A stretch of DNA of 55,069 nt from a virus. Its lineage: Duplodnaviria; Caudoviricetes. This document shows, piece after piece, positions 17,101 to 27,042 of the stretch (positions within the stretch are counted from its first letter, which is position 1; each line of letters begins with the position of its first letter). Position numbers and translations under genes: made by a program. The stretch spans positions 1-55,069 of the IMG/VR virus record IMGVR_UViG_3300036792_000058, one strand, 5' to 3'. The notes beneath the pieces are model-generated. The model was given only the letters and a program-made list of their open reading frames with translations, made no database searches and was not told the DNA's origin.

Positions 17101-20016
17101 AATACCTCAGCTCCCGGTACCACTCACTACCCCGGCGGTCGCGGTGGCAACGCCCCTGGCCCCTCTGGTGGCGGTGGCGGAGGCGCTGGCGGCGCGTCTG
17201 GCCCCGGTGGCGTGGGCGGTGACTCCCTGCCGTATGTTTCCAGCGTCGGTCACTGGCAGCAGGGCGGCATCGCGGGCACCGGCACGGGACAGGGAGGTAA
17301 CGGCGGGCCTGGCGCGAACACCCCAGGCTTCCCCGGCGCGGGAATCCAGCCAGGCGGTGGCGGTGGCGGAGGCTACCAGGCTTCCCCGCTGTACAACGCG
17401 TCCAACCCGTCGAACACCAAGCCCGGTACCCAGCAGACCAACTACCTGGGCGGCAACGGCGGCAACGGGATGGTGCAGTTCACCTACGCCATCGGCAGCG
17501 GCTCCCCCGTTAACGGCGGTAACACCACCTTCGGGTCCACGGCCACCACAGGCACCATCGTGTCGGCGCACGGCGGTCAGTCAGCGGCGAACAACAGCGC
17601 CCTGGGCGTGATCGGCGGCACCGGCAGCAGCAACGCGATCCACAGCCCCGGCGGCGCGGGCGGCCTGCTGACCAGCACTTCCATGGCCTCGTACATGGCT
17701 GCCCCGTCCGTCACCACCATGTTCTCTTACCTGAACTCTGCCGCCTACAGCAGCACCACGCACACCACAGGTGTGTCCGGAGCCTCTGTTGCGCAGGGAA
17801 CTGCCGTTGCCGTAATTGAGTCCACGGCTGAGGTAGCCGACCTGCTGGTCACGGACTCGGCGGGCAATATCTACCAGCTTTCCGGGCAAAGCCAGGCCGG
17901 CTCCGGTGGCAACGGCGTCACCCTGTACGCCTACGTGGCCAACATCGAGTTCTCGATCACCACCTCCACCACCCTGACGGTTACCTCCGCTACCAGCCAG
18001 GAATACGGCGTGCTGTGGATGGCGTCGCCGTGGCTCTCGGGAGGTGTTACTTCAGGTAACAGCGGATCGGGCAACGGCACCGGCACGGCATTCAGCGGAA
18101 CGTTCGGCATCGCTGACAACCAGTCCGTCGAGCTTGAGCTGGGCATCCTGCTGAGCGACGGCAGCACCACGGTCTCCAGCTACGGCGGCTCGACCAAGAC
18201 CTGGTTCCCGGCAGCGTCCACTTCCACCCTGGCCGCAGGCAGCATGAGCATGTCCGCGTACGTCATGGAAAACCAGGGCGGTGGCAACGGCGTCACGGGT
18301 GACGTGTTCTCCGGGGTCATCTCCGGCTCTGCTAACTGGGCAACCCTGTGCGTGCCGCTGACGATGATCAACCAGCAGGCCGCCCTGATCCCGATCGACT
18401 GGCGCTCTGGAACCACGCCCGGCGCGCAGACCACATGGGCCACGGAAGCGGCCATCTCCGCCAACGGCATGATCATGGTGATCGGCCAGTGCGGCTCCGG
18501 TTCAACTATCACCTCCGGGCCGAGCGCCATGGCTGATGCCTCAGGTAACACCTACACGTTCAAGAAGACGCAGGTGATCTCCGCTTCCGGCGGCGCGCTG
18601 TGGGTGGCTACCGCCCCGGTCACGCACGCCCTGGCAGCGGGCACCACGGGAACTTACAACTGGGGAACGGCCTCGGCAGCGCCGGAGTACACGACTGCTA
18701 CCTACTGGATTCCCAACGCCGCCTCAGTCGGCCTGGACACCAACGGCGTGACCGCCGTAACCGGCAGCAGCACCACTGTCGCAGGATCGTACACTCCCGC
18801 TGACCCCAACGACATGGTGATCGCGGCGGCCGGCGCGGTGAATACCTCCGCGCTGACGTTCGGCGCTCCTGCGGCCCCGTGGAATGCCATCGACAACACG
18901 ACGCAGAGCTACGTCCAGAACATGGTCTACGCCGCGCAGGCAACTGACCTGACAGCCGTGTCTATCTCTGAGTCCCTGTCGTCTACATCTCCGTGGGCCC
19001 TGCTGCTCATCGGCGTGCAGATGACACTCGCCGGAACGGGCGGCGGCGCGGCCGGAGGCCAGGGGTGCGTGGGTTACCCCGGTGTCTGGCAGTTCGGCGG
19101 TCCCGGCTTCGCGGGAGGTAACTCCGGCAAGGGAGGCGCGGGCGGCTTTGCCCCGGCAGGACCAGGCGGCGGCGCGAGCCTGCCCGGCGGAGGCGGCGGC
19201 GGAGCGTTCGGCACCTCTGCGGGCACGCAGGAAGGCGGCCAGGGAGCCCAGGGCATGGTGAGGCTGACGTGGACACCCCCGCTCCAGCCGTTCAACACGC
19301 TGATCGTGCACAGCCTCGGCATCGGGTCCAACCCCAACGTCAACCCGTGCTGCACCATCCCGCTCACAGATTCACCGAACAACACTGAGTACCCCATCCC
19401 GTCTGTGAACGGCATCCAGCCCGCTGCGTTCAGCTCGACGTACACCGTGATCCTGGCAGCGTGGGCGTGGAACTCCTCGACCGCCTCCAAGGCGCGGCAG
19501 ATTACCGTCACTGTCAACCAGTACGAGTACCCCGGCGGCCCGCGCTACGCGGTCCAGGCGTCCCGCGCGGTCACGCCCTCCACCGACATCATCAACGGCC
19601 TGGTGAACATGGGCGAGGTCACGCTGCCCGTGAAGGACTACACGCGCTATAACGACCAGTCCTACTTTACAGTTTCGATCAACGATACTGACCTGTCTGA
19701 CGTGTTCATGGACGTGCTGTTCCTGGACACCCTCGGCCAGACGGTGCTGATCAACGTGGCTCCTGGTAACCCCGGCTACGGGAACTACGTCAACTACTTC
19801 ATTGACGAGGCGACGCCCGACAGGGACCTCGGCTTCGTGGGCGCGAGCTTCCAGGACCGGCAGCACTCAGTGTCCGTGCTCGACTCCGCGCAGATCGGCG
19901 GCGGCCCGCTTTACATCGGCCCTGGCGACAACCTGTTCTTCGTCTACTCGACGCAGGGTGCGCCGAACCTCGCGGTGAATTACAACCCGCGCTGGTACCT
20001 GGACAGGACGGTCTGA
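14116..20016 (+). CDS. Large Gly/Ser/Thr-rich minor tail protein (distal tail/baseplate-fibre)
   Basis: 1966 aa just after the tape measure; repeated 'EAWGAGG.G...GGGGG' glycine-rich domains. Confidence 0.8.
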   Translation: MSAYSGPGNFPYWMTIANTAGGSGTLTESENIPVNGNGTSQYQFQIVCSYATTWASGAAIYVSWYNATGTLISSSSVITQTNMTGGVLYTINTGLITAPALSVYAVAQIELVGNPSSVNPLSVYQAEMDNIPTSLPVNINYAFTYTTWPWSSASAGVVLGWNSSPFLAGDTDSLVLDGQIELMGGGQGIPSTIPELLDSNGQGPTFRILAPPSLNSAAYGYESSYDLNAPQPTQDVVASMLLDGERPFGYRASNRTISLPVMIFGTQAGGMAQVLKAREMLMALIDQQYWQIKWTSADTGLPMLLDAFRALASAPVYGFNYSAGGSATGATIGRANYPIALVTLEIQALPYGRSDVDGVQNLTMANPIIGGVQSSGSSTIDGFATVFSPPPIINAPTWTSLNVSNPTTTSSFTIAYGVTMTSGSHTVVVQFQTSANNITGVTDTQGNPFTLASVQRNGSASQYNFVYTAPIVNGVGATDHVTITSSTTQNFQADLLAVSGAWTPLAASVSETGTATSYGANITGLSDYDQMFSVSFGAGSSGALPTGFNSIATPSGNGWNATISWFAQPINQTALTYNIASGLPNPSGVVVIPMQPTNRYWNWDTTTPPPGYVGHSAHYAAPRPIKTPYPAANFQQTLAVPASIVGCPVLSVWFGQSYDTQWPANPSFISNVNLQWTLIDNIGRSISFSTSSKKVTWGANPTAPKWTKINAAIPQGKAFSYNAITGYNVTITNWSASGHTGYVRMHCWLNDIVATPNTVQNQVSARGSLYNLFALPGSARSPISVQCQMPASANIVKEITTPATGTWVVPPGVYSVQAEAWGAGGAGSSTNLSRTIAAAGGGGGEFAEELALNVLPGTNVPWSIGAAGLPGQLTNTVVQFTTAGLAHWTCPVGVTTVLMEAWGGGGAGAAGGGGGGGGGYGSKQQAVTAGVTYYIWVGKGGKADTGTSSAQNDARIGGASYMASGPGLTYTASLCSASGGNTALTGGSSGGHGATNTSAPGTTHYPGGRGGNAPGPSGGGGGGAGGASGPGGVGGDSLPYVSSVGHWQQGGIAGTGTGQGGNGGPGANTPGFPGAGIQPGGGGGGGYQASPLYNASNPSNTKPGTQQTNYLGGNGGNGMVQFTYAIGSGSPVNGGNTTFGSTATTGTIVSAHGGQSAANNSALGVIGGTGSSNAIHSPGGAGGLLTSTSMASYMAAPSVTTMFSYLNSAAYSSTTHTTGVSGASVAQGTAVAVIESTAEVADLLVTDSAGNIYQLSGQSQAGSGGNGVTLYAYVANIEFSITTSTTLTVTSATSQEYGVLWMASPWLSGGVTSGNSGSGNGTGTAFSGTFGIADNQSVELELGILLSDGSTTVSSYGGSTKTWFPAASTSTLAAGSMSMSAYVMENQGGGNGVTGDVFSGVISGSANWATLCVPLTMINQQAALIPIDWRSGTTPGAQTTWATEAAISANGMIMVIGQCGSGSTITSGPSAMADASGNTYTFKKTQVISASGGALWVATAPVTHALAAGTTGTYNWGTASAAPEYTTATYWIPNAASVGLDTNGVTAVTGSSTTVAGSYTPADPNDMVIAAAGAVNTSALTFGAPAAPWNAIDNTTQSYVQNMVYAAQATDLTAVSISESLSSTSPWALLLIGVQMTLAGTGGGAAGGQGCVGYPGVWQFGGPGFAGGNSGKGGAGGFAPAGPGGGASLPGGGGGGAFGTSAGTQEGGQGAQGMVRLTWTPPLQPFNTLIVHSLGIGSNPNVNPCCTIPLTDSPNNTEYPIPSVNGIQPAAFSSTYTVILAAWAWNSSTASKARQITVTVNQYEYPGGPRYAVQASRAVTPSTDIINGLVNMGEVTLPVKDYTRYNDQSYFTVSINDTDLSDVFMDVLFLDTLGQTVLINVAPGNPGYGNYVNYFIDEATPDRDLGFVGASFQDRQHSVSVLDSAQIGGGPLYIGPGDNLFFVYSTQGAPNLAVNYNPRWYLDRTV

Positions 20017-23000
20017 TGGCTAGCGTCCCCCCGAATCCGAATCTCGGTAAGTCCCAGGCGCTCAACATCGCGCAGACTACCGTCCAGCGCCTGGCCACGA
20101 TCGTCCCCTCACTCACCACGGCGCTGTCTCCGGTCACGGTTTACCAGCCAGGGCCGGGTACAGGCGTCGGCAACGAACTGACTGCATACCCTGGCGCTCC
20201 GGTAACGGTCAGCGCATCTTACGGTATCTGGATTGCCCCTGACCTGAACGGCGACGGCTCCGCGTACTACGTGCAGGTGGAGTGCTTCGGTGCTGGCGGA
20301 GGTGCCGGAGGCGGTAGCGCGGCTGCGGGCGGCGGTGGCGGAGGCGGCGGCGAGTATGCCTGTGAAACTCAGTACCTGGTCAAGCCCGGTGTCTCCTACG
20401 GATACGTCGTCGGCCTTCCCGGCACGGGCGGCGCGAACAACAGCACCGAGGTCAACCCAGGCTCGGCCGGCACTGACGGCGGCAACACCATCTTCGACAT
20501 CGCGGGCCTCGCGCGGGCCGGCGGCGTGCTGGCCAACGGCGGTGAGGGCGGTGACCAGACCGCAGTAGGCATCGGCGGGCCCGGCGGCACGGGCAGCGAC
20601 AACTCGATTCACTTCGACGGCGGCAACGGCGGCACCAACAGCTCGCACAACGGCTCGGACAACCCGCTAACCCTGGCTGTGGTCAGCGGCATGTTCGCAG
20701 GTAACACCCTGAACAAGAACATCATCCCCGCCTGGTACATCTTCAACGAGACCGGCCCAACGGGCGGGAAGTTCAACGACAGCTCCCTGCACGGCAACAG
20801 CGGCACGGTCACGAACTACACAGGCGGCTACGGCCTGGACTCTACCGTCACGCCGACACAGGTTCCCGCGTTCGCTGAAGCGGCTAACCCTCCCCTGCTG
20901 CCCGTCGCGCAGGCCAAGGCCATCTGCGGTGAGATCAAGATCGGCGCGCTTACCTCGCCGGCCGCCAAGATCACCGCACCCACGTTCTCCTACAGCGGCA
21001 CCCGGCTAACCATGTCCATGTGGGTGCAGTGCGACCCGTCCGGAGTCTGGGGAAACTCCGCCGCCGGCTCTATCGCGGTCCTGTCCGCCAACACCCAGAA
21101 CTACACCGGCAACACTATGAGCGGGTACGCGCTCTTCCTGGAGAACCAGGGGACCGCCCCGAGTCCCAACTGGGTACTGAACGCCGCAGTGGGCAACGGC
21201 AGCAGGCAGACCCTGGTCACCTCCTCAGCGCTGACGCCGACGCCTAGCACCTGGTACTACGTCGTGATGACGTACAACTCAGGCACGCTCACGCTGTACG
21301 TCAACGGCACCTCCGCTGGCACTGCAACTTCTTCCGGCTACACTTCTGTTCCCTCGGGCGCGTTCGCCCCCACCCTAGCGATGGACCCCGGCTCCTCCAC
21401 CAACTGGTTCTTCGGGTCGATCACGAACGCCTGGTGGGCGACCGACGCCGCTACTTCCTCCCTCGTCGCACAGGCGTACGGCCTTACCCCGCCCACGGGT
21501 GGTGCCGGCGGCGGTGCCTCAGGCGGCCCGAGCGCTAACGGCGGCGCAGGTATCTCTGCCTCGGGCGGCACGGGCGGCGCGGCCGGAACCCCGGCTACCC
21601 AGCCTGCCAGCCTCGCGTCCACTACCACGCCCGCCATGAGCGGTTACCCCGGCGCGAACGCGGGAGTTGCCGGCCGTGCTCCCAGGCGGCTGGGCGTCAG
21701 CACCACAACGGTAACGCAGACCGTCGCCGGGACGTACACGCAGGAACTTCCGCAGGGCGTGACCCAGATCACCGCCGCTGCCTGCTGGGGCGCGGGCTCG
21801 GGCGGTTCCGGTGGCACCACGTCAGTGGGTGGCCAGGGTGGCGCTGGCGGTGAGTACGCCGCAGAGGCAACCTACACGCCCAGTACTAACCCGTTCACTT
21901 ACGTTGTCGGTTCCGGCGGTAACAACTCCTCCACCGGGAACGGCAACGGCGGCGACGGCAACGACTCGTTCATCGACGGCACCGGGGTCTACGCCAACGG
22001 CGGCAGTTCCAGCGGCGGCGGCACCGGCTCGACAAACACCACCCACCACAACGGCGGTAACGGCGGCGCGGTGAGCGCATTCGGCGGCGGTGCCTCCGGT
22101 GGTAACTCAGGAGCCCCGGCTGCGGCGGGCAACGCCGGCCTGTCCTCTGCCAGCAACACGCACGCCAGCGCACCCGCTGCGCAGACCGGAGGCGGCCAAG
22201 GCGGAGCCGGCGGGGACTCGGCCTCTGTTAACACTAACGACGCGTCCACAGGCGCTTCCCCCGGCGCAGGCGGTGGCGGAGCCGGAAACGGACTGGCCGG
22301 CTCTGGTGGCACTACCACCTTGACCAAGACCTACGAGGCTGTCTACACGGCGTCGTATTACGGCCCGGACGCGACTGGCGGCAACGGCAACCGGCTCCGG
22401 TCAACGTCAACCATGTACCAGGGCGGCGAGACTGCCAGCGGCGGCTCGTACAACGGCAACCAGCGCTCCGTCATGACGTTCAACATCGACCAGATCGGTT
22501 CGGACTTCGCCGGCTACACGCCGACCGGCCTGTCCCTCAAGCTCACCAACCAGCACTCCTGGTACAACTCCGGGATGACGGTTGAAATAGACGTGGGCTC
22601 GACCAAGTACCCGCCTAGCGCACCGGGAACCTGGCTGGGAAACCAGAACTATCTGGCAACGGGAACCATCGGCGAAGGCAGTACGCACACCTATGACCTG
22701 GGCGCTACTGTTGCCGGGTACTTCATCAACGGCCAGACGAACTTCCTCGGGCTGGGCGCGTTCGTCGCCGCCGACCACCCGTACAACCTGAACTACTACG
22801 GGTACTTCACCGGCGGTCACGGGACCGCGCTTGAGATCACCATCACCGGGCAGATAACCACCAGCGGTACTGCCGTCAACAAGAACTCCGGGTACGGCAG
22901 CGACGGCCAGGTACAGTTCACCTACGAGACCTCGGCTCCGTACGTTCCCCCGGCCGGAACTACCGGCGGTCCCTACGGCGGCGGTGGCGGCGGCTCCGGC

Positions 23001-24347
23001 AACATGGCCTCCAGCCCTGCCCTGACGGTGCTCACAGTTCCGTTCAGCTCAGCCGCTACCTACTGCGGCACAGACGCCACCAGTAACGCCACCGCCGCGT
23101 ACAGCCTCAACCTCCAGAACAACCCGGCCAGCGGCGTCAACTCCGTGCTGTTCGCCGGCGGCCAGGCTGTCGATGCCGCCTCCGGTACCAAGAACTCCGT
23201 GCTCCTGCTCCCCGCCAACCTCCAGTCCCTGCTGGGCAACGGCGCGTATACGGTCGAGCAGGTGTTTCTTACCTTCACGAACGCCAACCCGAGCAGCGAC
23301 CAGCAGTCTGTCCTCGAAGTCGGCTACTCGGGTGACACCACGCTGCCGCAGCTCTACTACGGCACGACGCTGGCCGGGTACATCGGTGCCATTCCCGTTC
23401 CCTCGGGCGCGACCACAATCACCTACGACTTGTCGCAGAGCGACATCGGGGCCCTCATCCAGAACGGCACGGCTACTGCCCTGATCCTGGGCCCCGGTGC
23501 CAATCCGACGTTCGACGCGTACAACACCCCGAGCGGGCCTGACTTCTACTGCGCGCTGTACGGCCCTGGTGCCTACGACGCATTCGGCAACGCGCAGTAC
23601 CCGTACCTGACGATCGTGCTCCAGAAGACCCTGACCGTTCAGCAGGCAGGCAGCGGCTCGGGCGGCGCGATCCTGATCACCGCGATCGACAACGAGGACA
23701 CCTTCGTCAGCTCGGTCCAGCCGTACACCACCACAGACGACAGCGGCAACCTGATGGCCGCCGGGTTCACAGGCCCGGTCTCGGCCATTAACCAGAGCAC
23801 GGGCGCAGTTGTCGGCACTATCCAGCCTGTTGACGGTACTGCCGCTGACGGGAGCACGGTGGCTGCCGGGTACACGGGGCCGGTCACGGTCTTCGACCCC
23901 GGCACCCCGGTCGGAACGATCCAGCCCGTCGCGGGCACCGATTCGCTCGGGAACCACTTCGCCGCCGGCTACACCGGCCCGGTCAGCGTCTACCACCCTG
24001 GCAGCAGCCCCCTGACGGTGGAGTCCTGGACCAACCTGTCGCTTCTTAACGGCTGGACGGCTAACAGCGTCGCCCGGTACAAGCTAGTCGGCTACAACAT
24101 GCTGCTGGTCCAGATAGACCTCCTGGATAGCAGTGCCACGTCGGGCACGATGTTCAGCGTGCCGACCATTTACGGCAGCGCGATTACCGGACATTTTATC
24201 TCCGGCGTGTCTTTTTACAACGCCACCCTGACACCGACTCCGGTCCTCCTCCAGGTTGGTGCCGGGTCCGGCGCGAATGTCACAGTTGTTTTGTGGGCTA
24301 AGCAAAGCAAGCGGTTTCTCGGCAGCTTCTACGTAACCCTCGACTAG
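20016..24347 (+). CDS. Gly-rich tail fibre/receptor-binding protein with a LamG/ConA-like domain
   Basis: 1443 aa; 'TWYYVVMTYNSGTLTLYVNG' LamG motif; glycine-rich repeats; C-terminal 'WTNLSLLNGW' fibre tip. Confidence 0.8.
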   Translation: MASVPPNPNLGKSQALNIAQTTVQRLATIVPSLTTALSPVTVYQPGPGTGVGNELTAYPGAPVTVSASYGIWIAPDLNGDGSAYYVQVECFGAGGGAGGGSAAAGGGGGGGGEYACETQYLVKPGVSYGYVVGLPGTGGANNSTEVNPGSAGTDGGNTIFDIAGLARAGGVLANGGEGGDQTAVGIGGPGGTGSDNSIHFDGGNGGTNSSHNGSDNPLTLAVVSGMFAGNTLNKNIIPAWYIFNETGPTGGKFNDSSLHGNSGTVTNYTGGYGLDSTVTPTQVPAFAEAANPPLLPVAQAKAICGEIKIGALTSPAAKITAPTFSYSGTRLTMSMWVQCDPSGVWGNSAAGSIAVLSANTQNYTGNTMSGYALFLENQGTAPSPNWVLNAAVGNGSRQTLVTSSALTPTPSTWYYVVMTYNSGTLTLYVNGTSAGTATSSGYTSVPSGAFAPTLAMDPGSSTNWFFGSITNAWWATDAATSSLVAQAYGLTPPTGGAGGGASGGPSANGGAGISASGGTGGAAGTPATQPASLASTTTPAMSGYPGANAGVAGRAPRRLGVSTTTVTQTVAGTYTQELPQGVTQITAAACWGAGSGGSGGTTSVGGQGGAGGEYAAEATYTPSTNPFTYVVGSGGNNSSTGNGNGGDGNDSFIDGTGVYANGGSSSGGGTGSTNTTHHNGGNGGAVSAFGGGASGGNSGAPAAAGNAGLSSASNTHASAPAAQTGGGQGGAGGDSASVNTNDASTGASPGAGGGGAGNGLAGSGGTTTLTKTYEAVYTASYYGPDATGGNGNRLRSTSTMYQGGETASGGSYNGNQRSVMTFNIDQIGSDFAGYTPTGLSLKLTNQHSWYNSGMTVEIDVGSTKYPPSAPGTWLGNQNYLATGTIGEGSTHTYDLGATVAGYFINGQTNFLGLGAFVAADHPYNLNYYGYFTGGHGTALEITITGQITTSGTAVNKNSGYGSDGQVQFTYETSAPYVPPAGTTGGPYGGGGGGSGNMASSPALTVLTVPFSSAATYCGTDATSNATAAYSLNLQNNPASGVNSVLFAGGQAVDAASGTKNSVLLLPANLQSLLGNGAYTVEQVFLTFTNANPSSDQQSVLEVGYSGDTTLPQLYYGTTLAGYIGAIPVPSGATTITYDLSQSDIGALIQNGTATALILGPGANPTFDAYNTPSGPDFYCALYGPGAYDAFGNAQYPYLTIVLQKTLTVQQAGSGSGGAILITAIDNEDTFVSSVQPYTTTDDSGNLMAAGFTGPVSAINQSTGAVVGTIQPVDGTAADGSTVAAGYTGPVTVFDPGTPVGTIQPVAGTDSLGNHFAAGYTGPVSVYHPGSSPLTVESWTNLSLLNGWTANSVARYKLVGYNMLLVQIDLLDSSATSGTMFSVPTIYGSAITGHFISGVSFYNATLTPTPVLLQVGAGSGANVTVVLWAKQSKRFLGSFYVTLD

Positions 24348-24359
24348 AAAGGCAGCTCG

Positions 24360-24647
24360 ATGGCAGCCAACGTCCCTAACCCAGGCAATTATCAGCAGCA
24401 GCTCGGACAGCACTGCGTTGACGCGCGGAAGGCGATGCAGCAGCTACTGACCGATTGCGTCTACGTCAATGCGATGGGCGGTGCCGCGTTCCTCACCGGC
24501 GACATCTCCGCCGGGGGCATGGGCATTTCCGCTCCGGACGCAGCCATAATCATGGCGACGATCGGCTCGCTCACTCCGGACAGCGCCGACGTGCAGCAGA
24601 TTCAGGCGCTGATCGCGGGCACCGCGACGCTGTGGGGCGGGCAGTAA
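24360..24647 (+). CDS. Small hypothetical tail-associated protein
   Basis: ORF with AAAGG RBS in the tail operon. Confidence 0.6.
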   Translation: MAANVPNPGNYQQQLGQHCVDARKAMQQLLTDCVYVNAMGGAAFLTGDISAGGMGISAPDAAIIMATIGSLTPDSADVQQIQALIAGTATLWGGQ

Positions 24648-24679
24648 ACCTGTAAGCTGCGGTGTGAAGGGAGGTAACG

Positions 24680-26485
24680 ATGGCTCTAGAGAAGATCCAA
24701 GGCACCCAGGTCGTATCCTGGGCACCGCCGTTGCCTCAGCGTGCCTTCAAGATCACCGCCGCAGGTGTTTCATCAGATAACGGCAACATCGGCGGGCTCG
24801 CCACTGACGGCCAGCGCTACGGGTACTACGTCCTGGACACCTCCCAGTGGCAGGTAATCCAGGGGCTGCACACGCCGCCGGTATCGGTGGGCGAGTCGTT
24901 CCAGCTCTGGACCTCAACGTCCGGGGGATCGTTCTGGTACCCGCCGCCCTTCCAGAACGGCAACGCCGGCCCGCAGACAGCAGGAGCAGCGCCGACCGCG
25001 CCCCCGGCAGCCACCTGGGCCAGCGACTCCTACCACACCACCTACGCCGCCCCCGACCTGTTCAACGTGTATGCCCTGACGCAGACCCGCGAGATGGGGA
25101 ACAACGGCGGCAAGGCCATCTACACGATCAAGAACTCCCAGGTCTGCGTTGTCGTAGCGGTGCAGCAGTCCGCGTCGAACCAGTGGTATGTGTACTTCTC
25201 CCCGCCGCTGGACAACACCGTGATCAACACCACCACGGACGGCATCATTACCGTCCCGAGGCCGTACAATCCCCGCTACCTCGGTCAGATCGGGCACGTC
25301 TCCGGCATCAACTACACCTACACGATCCCCGGTGGCCCCAACCAGCTCACGTGCGTGCTCCAGATCGAGCCGAACTACCGCACCGACGCCATCAACCCCG
25401 GCCGCGTCATCACCGCGCACCGTGGCGGCTCGTGCATCTGGGAAGGCCAGCTCACGGAACCCGTGCCCGCCGCGAACGGCTGGACCCTGACGGCTAACGG
25501 CTGCGGCACGTACGGCACGAACTTCGGTGCCTGGTACCAGCCCAACCTCGGGCCGACCAAGAACTCCAACGGCTGGACGCCGGACGTTCCCGTGGACCTG
25601 GCCATCGCGCGCGGGCTGCGCTGGAGTAACCGTGGCATCGGGAGTCCCGTCGGCATCTACACCGGCCCGCTTCAGAACCCAGGCTCGCTGACGATCACGG
25701 ACTTCATGAACCTGCTGGTGACCGGCGGCTCCCTGCTGTGGGAACTCACCCAGCCTACGAGCGCGTCCACCTGGCCGCCCGGCCCGTGGGAAGTGACGCT
25801 CTACCAGATCCCCACAGACGAGAGCGGCAACCCGCTGGTGAACGGGCCTACCACCCAGACCCAGACGCAGCTCCTGGTCGGCGGGAAGTGGAAGCGCACG
25901 GACATGCTCACCAGCTCGGGCAGGCGTCCCCCGGACCTGATGCTGGTTAACACCTCGCCCGTGGCGCGCACCATCGTCGCGGATTACAACACGATCATCT
26001 TGTACTACCAGATCACGGCTGACACCACAGCCACGTCCACGGTGAAGGCCACCTCCGCCACGTACGGCACGACGTTCGTTGACTCGCCGGGGTCAGTGGC
26101 CGCGCACGGGCGAATGGAGTACTACCTGGACATCTCCAACGCCGGGGCCATGACTACCGCTGCGGCGCAGGCGATCGGCGTCAACGTCCTGACCAAGTAC
26201 ATCCGCGCGAACTTCTCGAACGCGTTCTCAGTCATGCCCGGCCAGCTTCTCAACCCCGGCGGCGTGCCCGTGGACCTCGGCCTGAACTGGAACGGCGCGG
26301 TGGTTACCGTACAGGGTGTGAACGCGGCACAGGGCGGCGAGGTAGGACTGTCCCCGGTGACGTTCATCATCGGCCAGTACGAGTTCGACGACGACACCCA
26401 GACCGCCACCATCACGCCCTACCAGAACGCGCTGAACGACATGGGATCGGTTATCGCCTCGCTCTATCCAGGGAAGTTCGCATGA
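24680..26485 (+). CDS. Minor tail protein (baseplate hub/Tal-like)
   Basis: GGAGG RBS; 'PGGPNQLTCVL...CIWEGQL' and 'SVAAHGRME' hub-like motifs. Confidence 0.65.
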   Translation: MALEKIQGTQVVSWAPPLPQRAFKITAAGVSSDNGNIGGLATDGQRYGYYVLDTSQWQVIQGLHTPPVSVGESFQLWTSTSGGSFWYPPPFQNGNAGPQTAGAAPTAPPAATWASDSYHTTYAAPDLFNVYALTQTREMGNNGGKAIYTIKNSQVCVVVAVQQSASNQWYVYFSPPLDNTVINTTTDGIITVPRPYNPRYLGQIGHVSGINYTYTIPGGPNQLTCVLQIEPNYRTDAINPGRVITAHRGGSCIWEGQLTEPVPAANGWTLTANGCGTYGTNFGAWYQPNLGPTKNSNGWTPDVPVDLAIARGLRWSNRGIGSPVGIYTGPLQNPGSLTITDFMNLLVTGGSLLWELTQPTSASTWPPGPWEVTLYQIPTDESGNPLVNGPTTQTQTQLLVGGKWKRTDMLTSSGRRPPDLMLVNTSPVARTIVADYNTIILYYQITADTTATSTVKATSATYGTTFVDSPGSVAAHGRMEYYLDISNAGAMTTAAAQAIGVNVLTKYIRANFSNAFSVMPGQLLNPGGVPVDLGLNWNGAVVTVQGVNAAQGGEVGLSPVTFIIGQYEFDDDTQTATITPYQNALNDMGSVIASLYPGKFA

Positions 26486-26643
26486 TCTCGCGCAAGATCC
26501 AGATACTCGGGGCGATCATCGGGTCAGGTAACGCTGCGTCCATACTCCAGAAGCAGTACGGCATTCCCTTCTCAGTGATCCAGGCTGCCAATCACGGCGG
26601 CGTCTGGAACGTCACGAGTCTGCTGCCTTACATCACGTTCTAG
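26482..26643 (+). CDS. 53-aa protein, weakly LysM-like
   Basis: ATGA overlap; 'SILQKQYGIPFSVIQAAN'. Confidence 0.4.
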   Translation: MISRKIQILGAIIGSGNAASILQKQYGIPFSVIQAANHGGVWNVTSLLPYITF

Positions 26644-26646
26644 CGG

Positions 26647-27042
26647 TCACTTCTTCTTGCAGGAGTCCGCAGTCTCCCAGTAGATCAGGGCCTCGTAGAA
26701 CTGGTACGTCGCTTCCCGCGACGGGTTCTTCGCAGCGGTAGCACCCGGATTGGGAATCGGGGTAGCGGTCAGTAGTTCCAGGGCGTTGCACGCGTGCTGC
26801 TCCTCAGCGGTCGCGAATGTCTTGGCAGTAGTTGCGTTGCGCTGCACCTGGCCGACGAGGTTGTTCAGCCGCTGGGTGTTGAAGGCACCGATGACGATCA
26901 CCACGACAAGCGCGACGATGGCGACGCTCTGGGCAATGAGCCACCACTTGCGCCGCTGGTTAGCCTTGACCAGGGGCTCGACAACCTTCTGGGCGAGGAC
27001 GAGCAACTTGTCTTCGGCGGGCAGACCGGACTCTGGGATCAC
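26647..27042 (-). CDS. Membrane protein (possible lysis accessory)
   Basis: Single strong TM 'VAIVALVVVIVIGAF' followed by a coiled region with two Cys. Confidence 0.6.
   Translation of the reverse strand: MIPESGLPAEDKLLVLAQKVVEPLVKANQRRKWWLIAQSVAIVALVVVIVIGAFNTQRLNNLVGQVQRNATTAKTFATAEEQHACNALELLTATPIPNPGATAAKNPSREATYQFYEALIYWETADSCKKK

Noticed and set aside
16580-23000. GGC-rich repeats as possible DNA repeat elements or DGR variable regions
   Set aside because: Explained by poly-glycine coding; no reverse transcriptase or template/variable repeat pair was seen.
7894-26415. Many long antisense and alternate-frame ORFs over the tail genes (e.g. 10268-12229, 7922-9415)
   Set aside because: Shadow ORFs expected from high-GC codon bias; no motifs, and they lie opposite clear genes.
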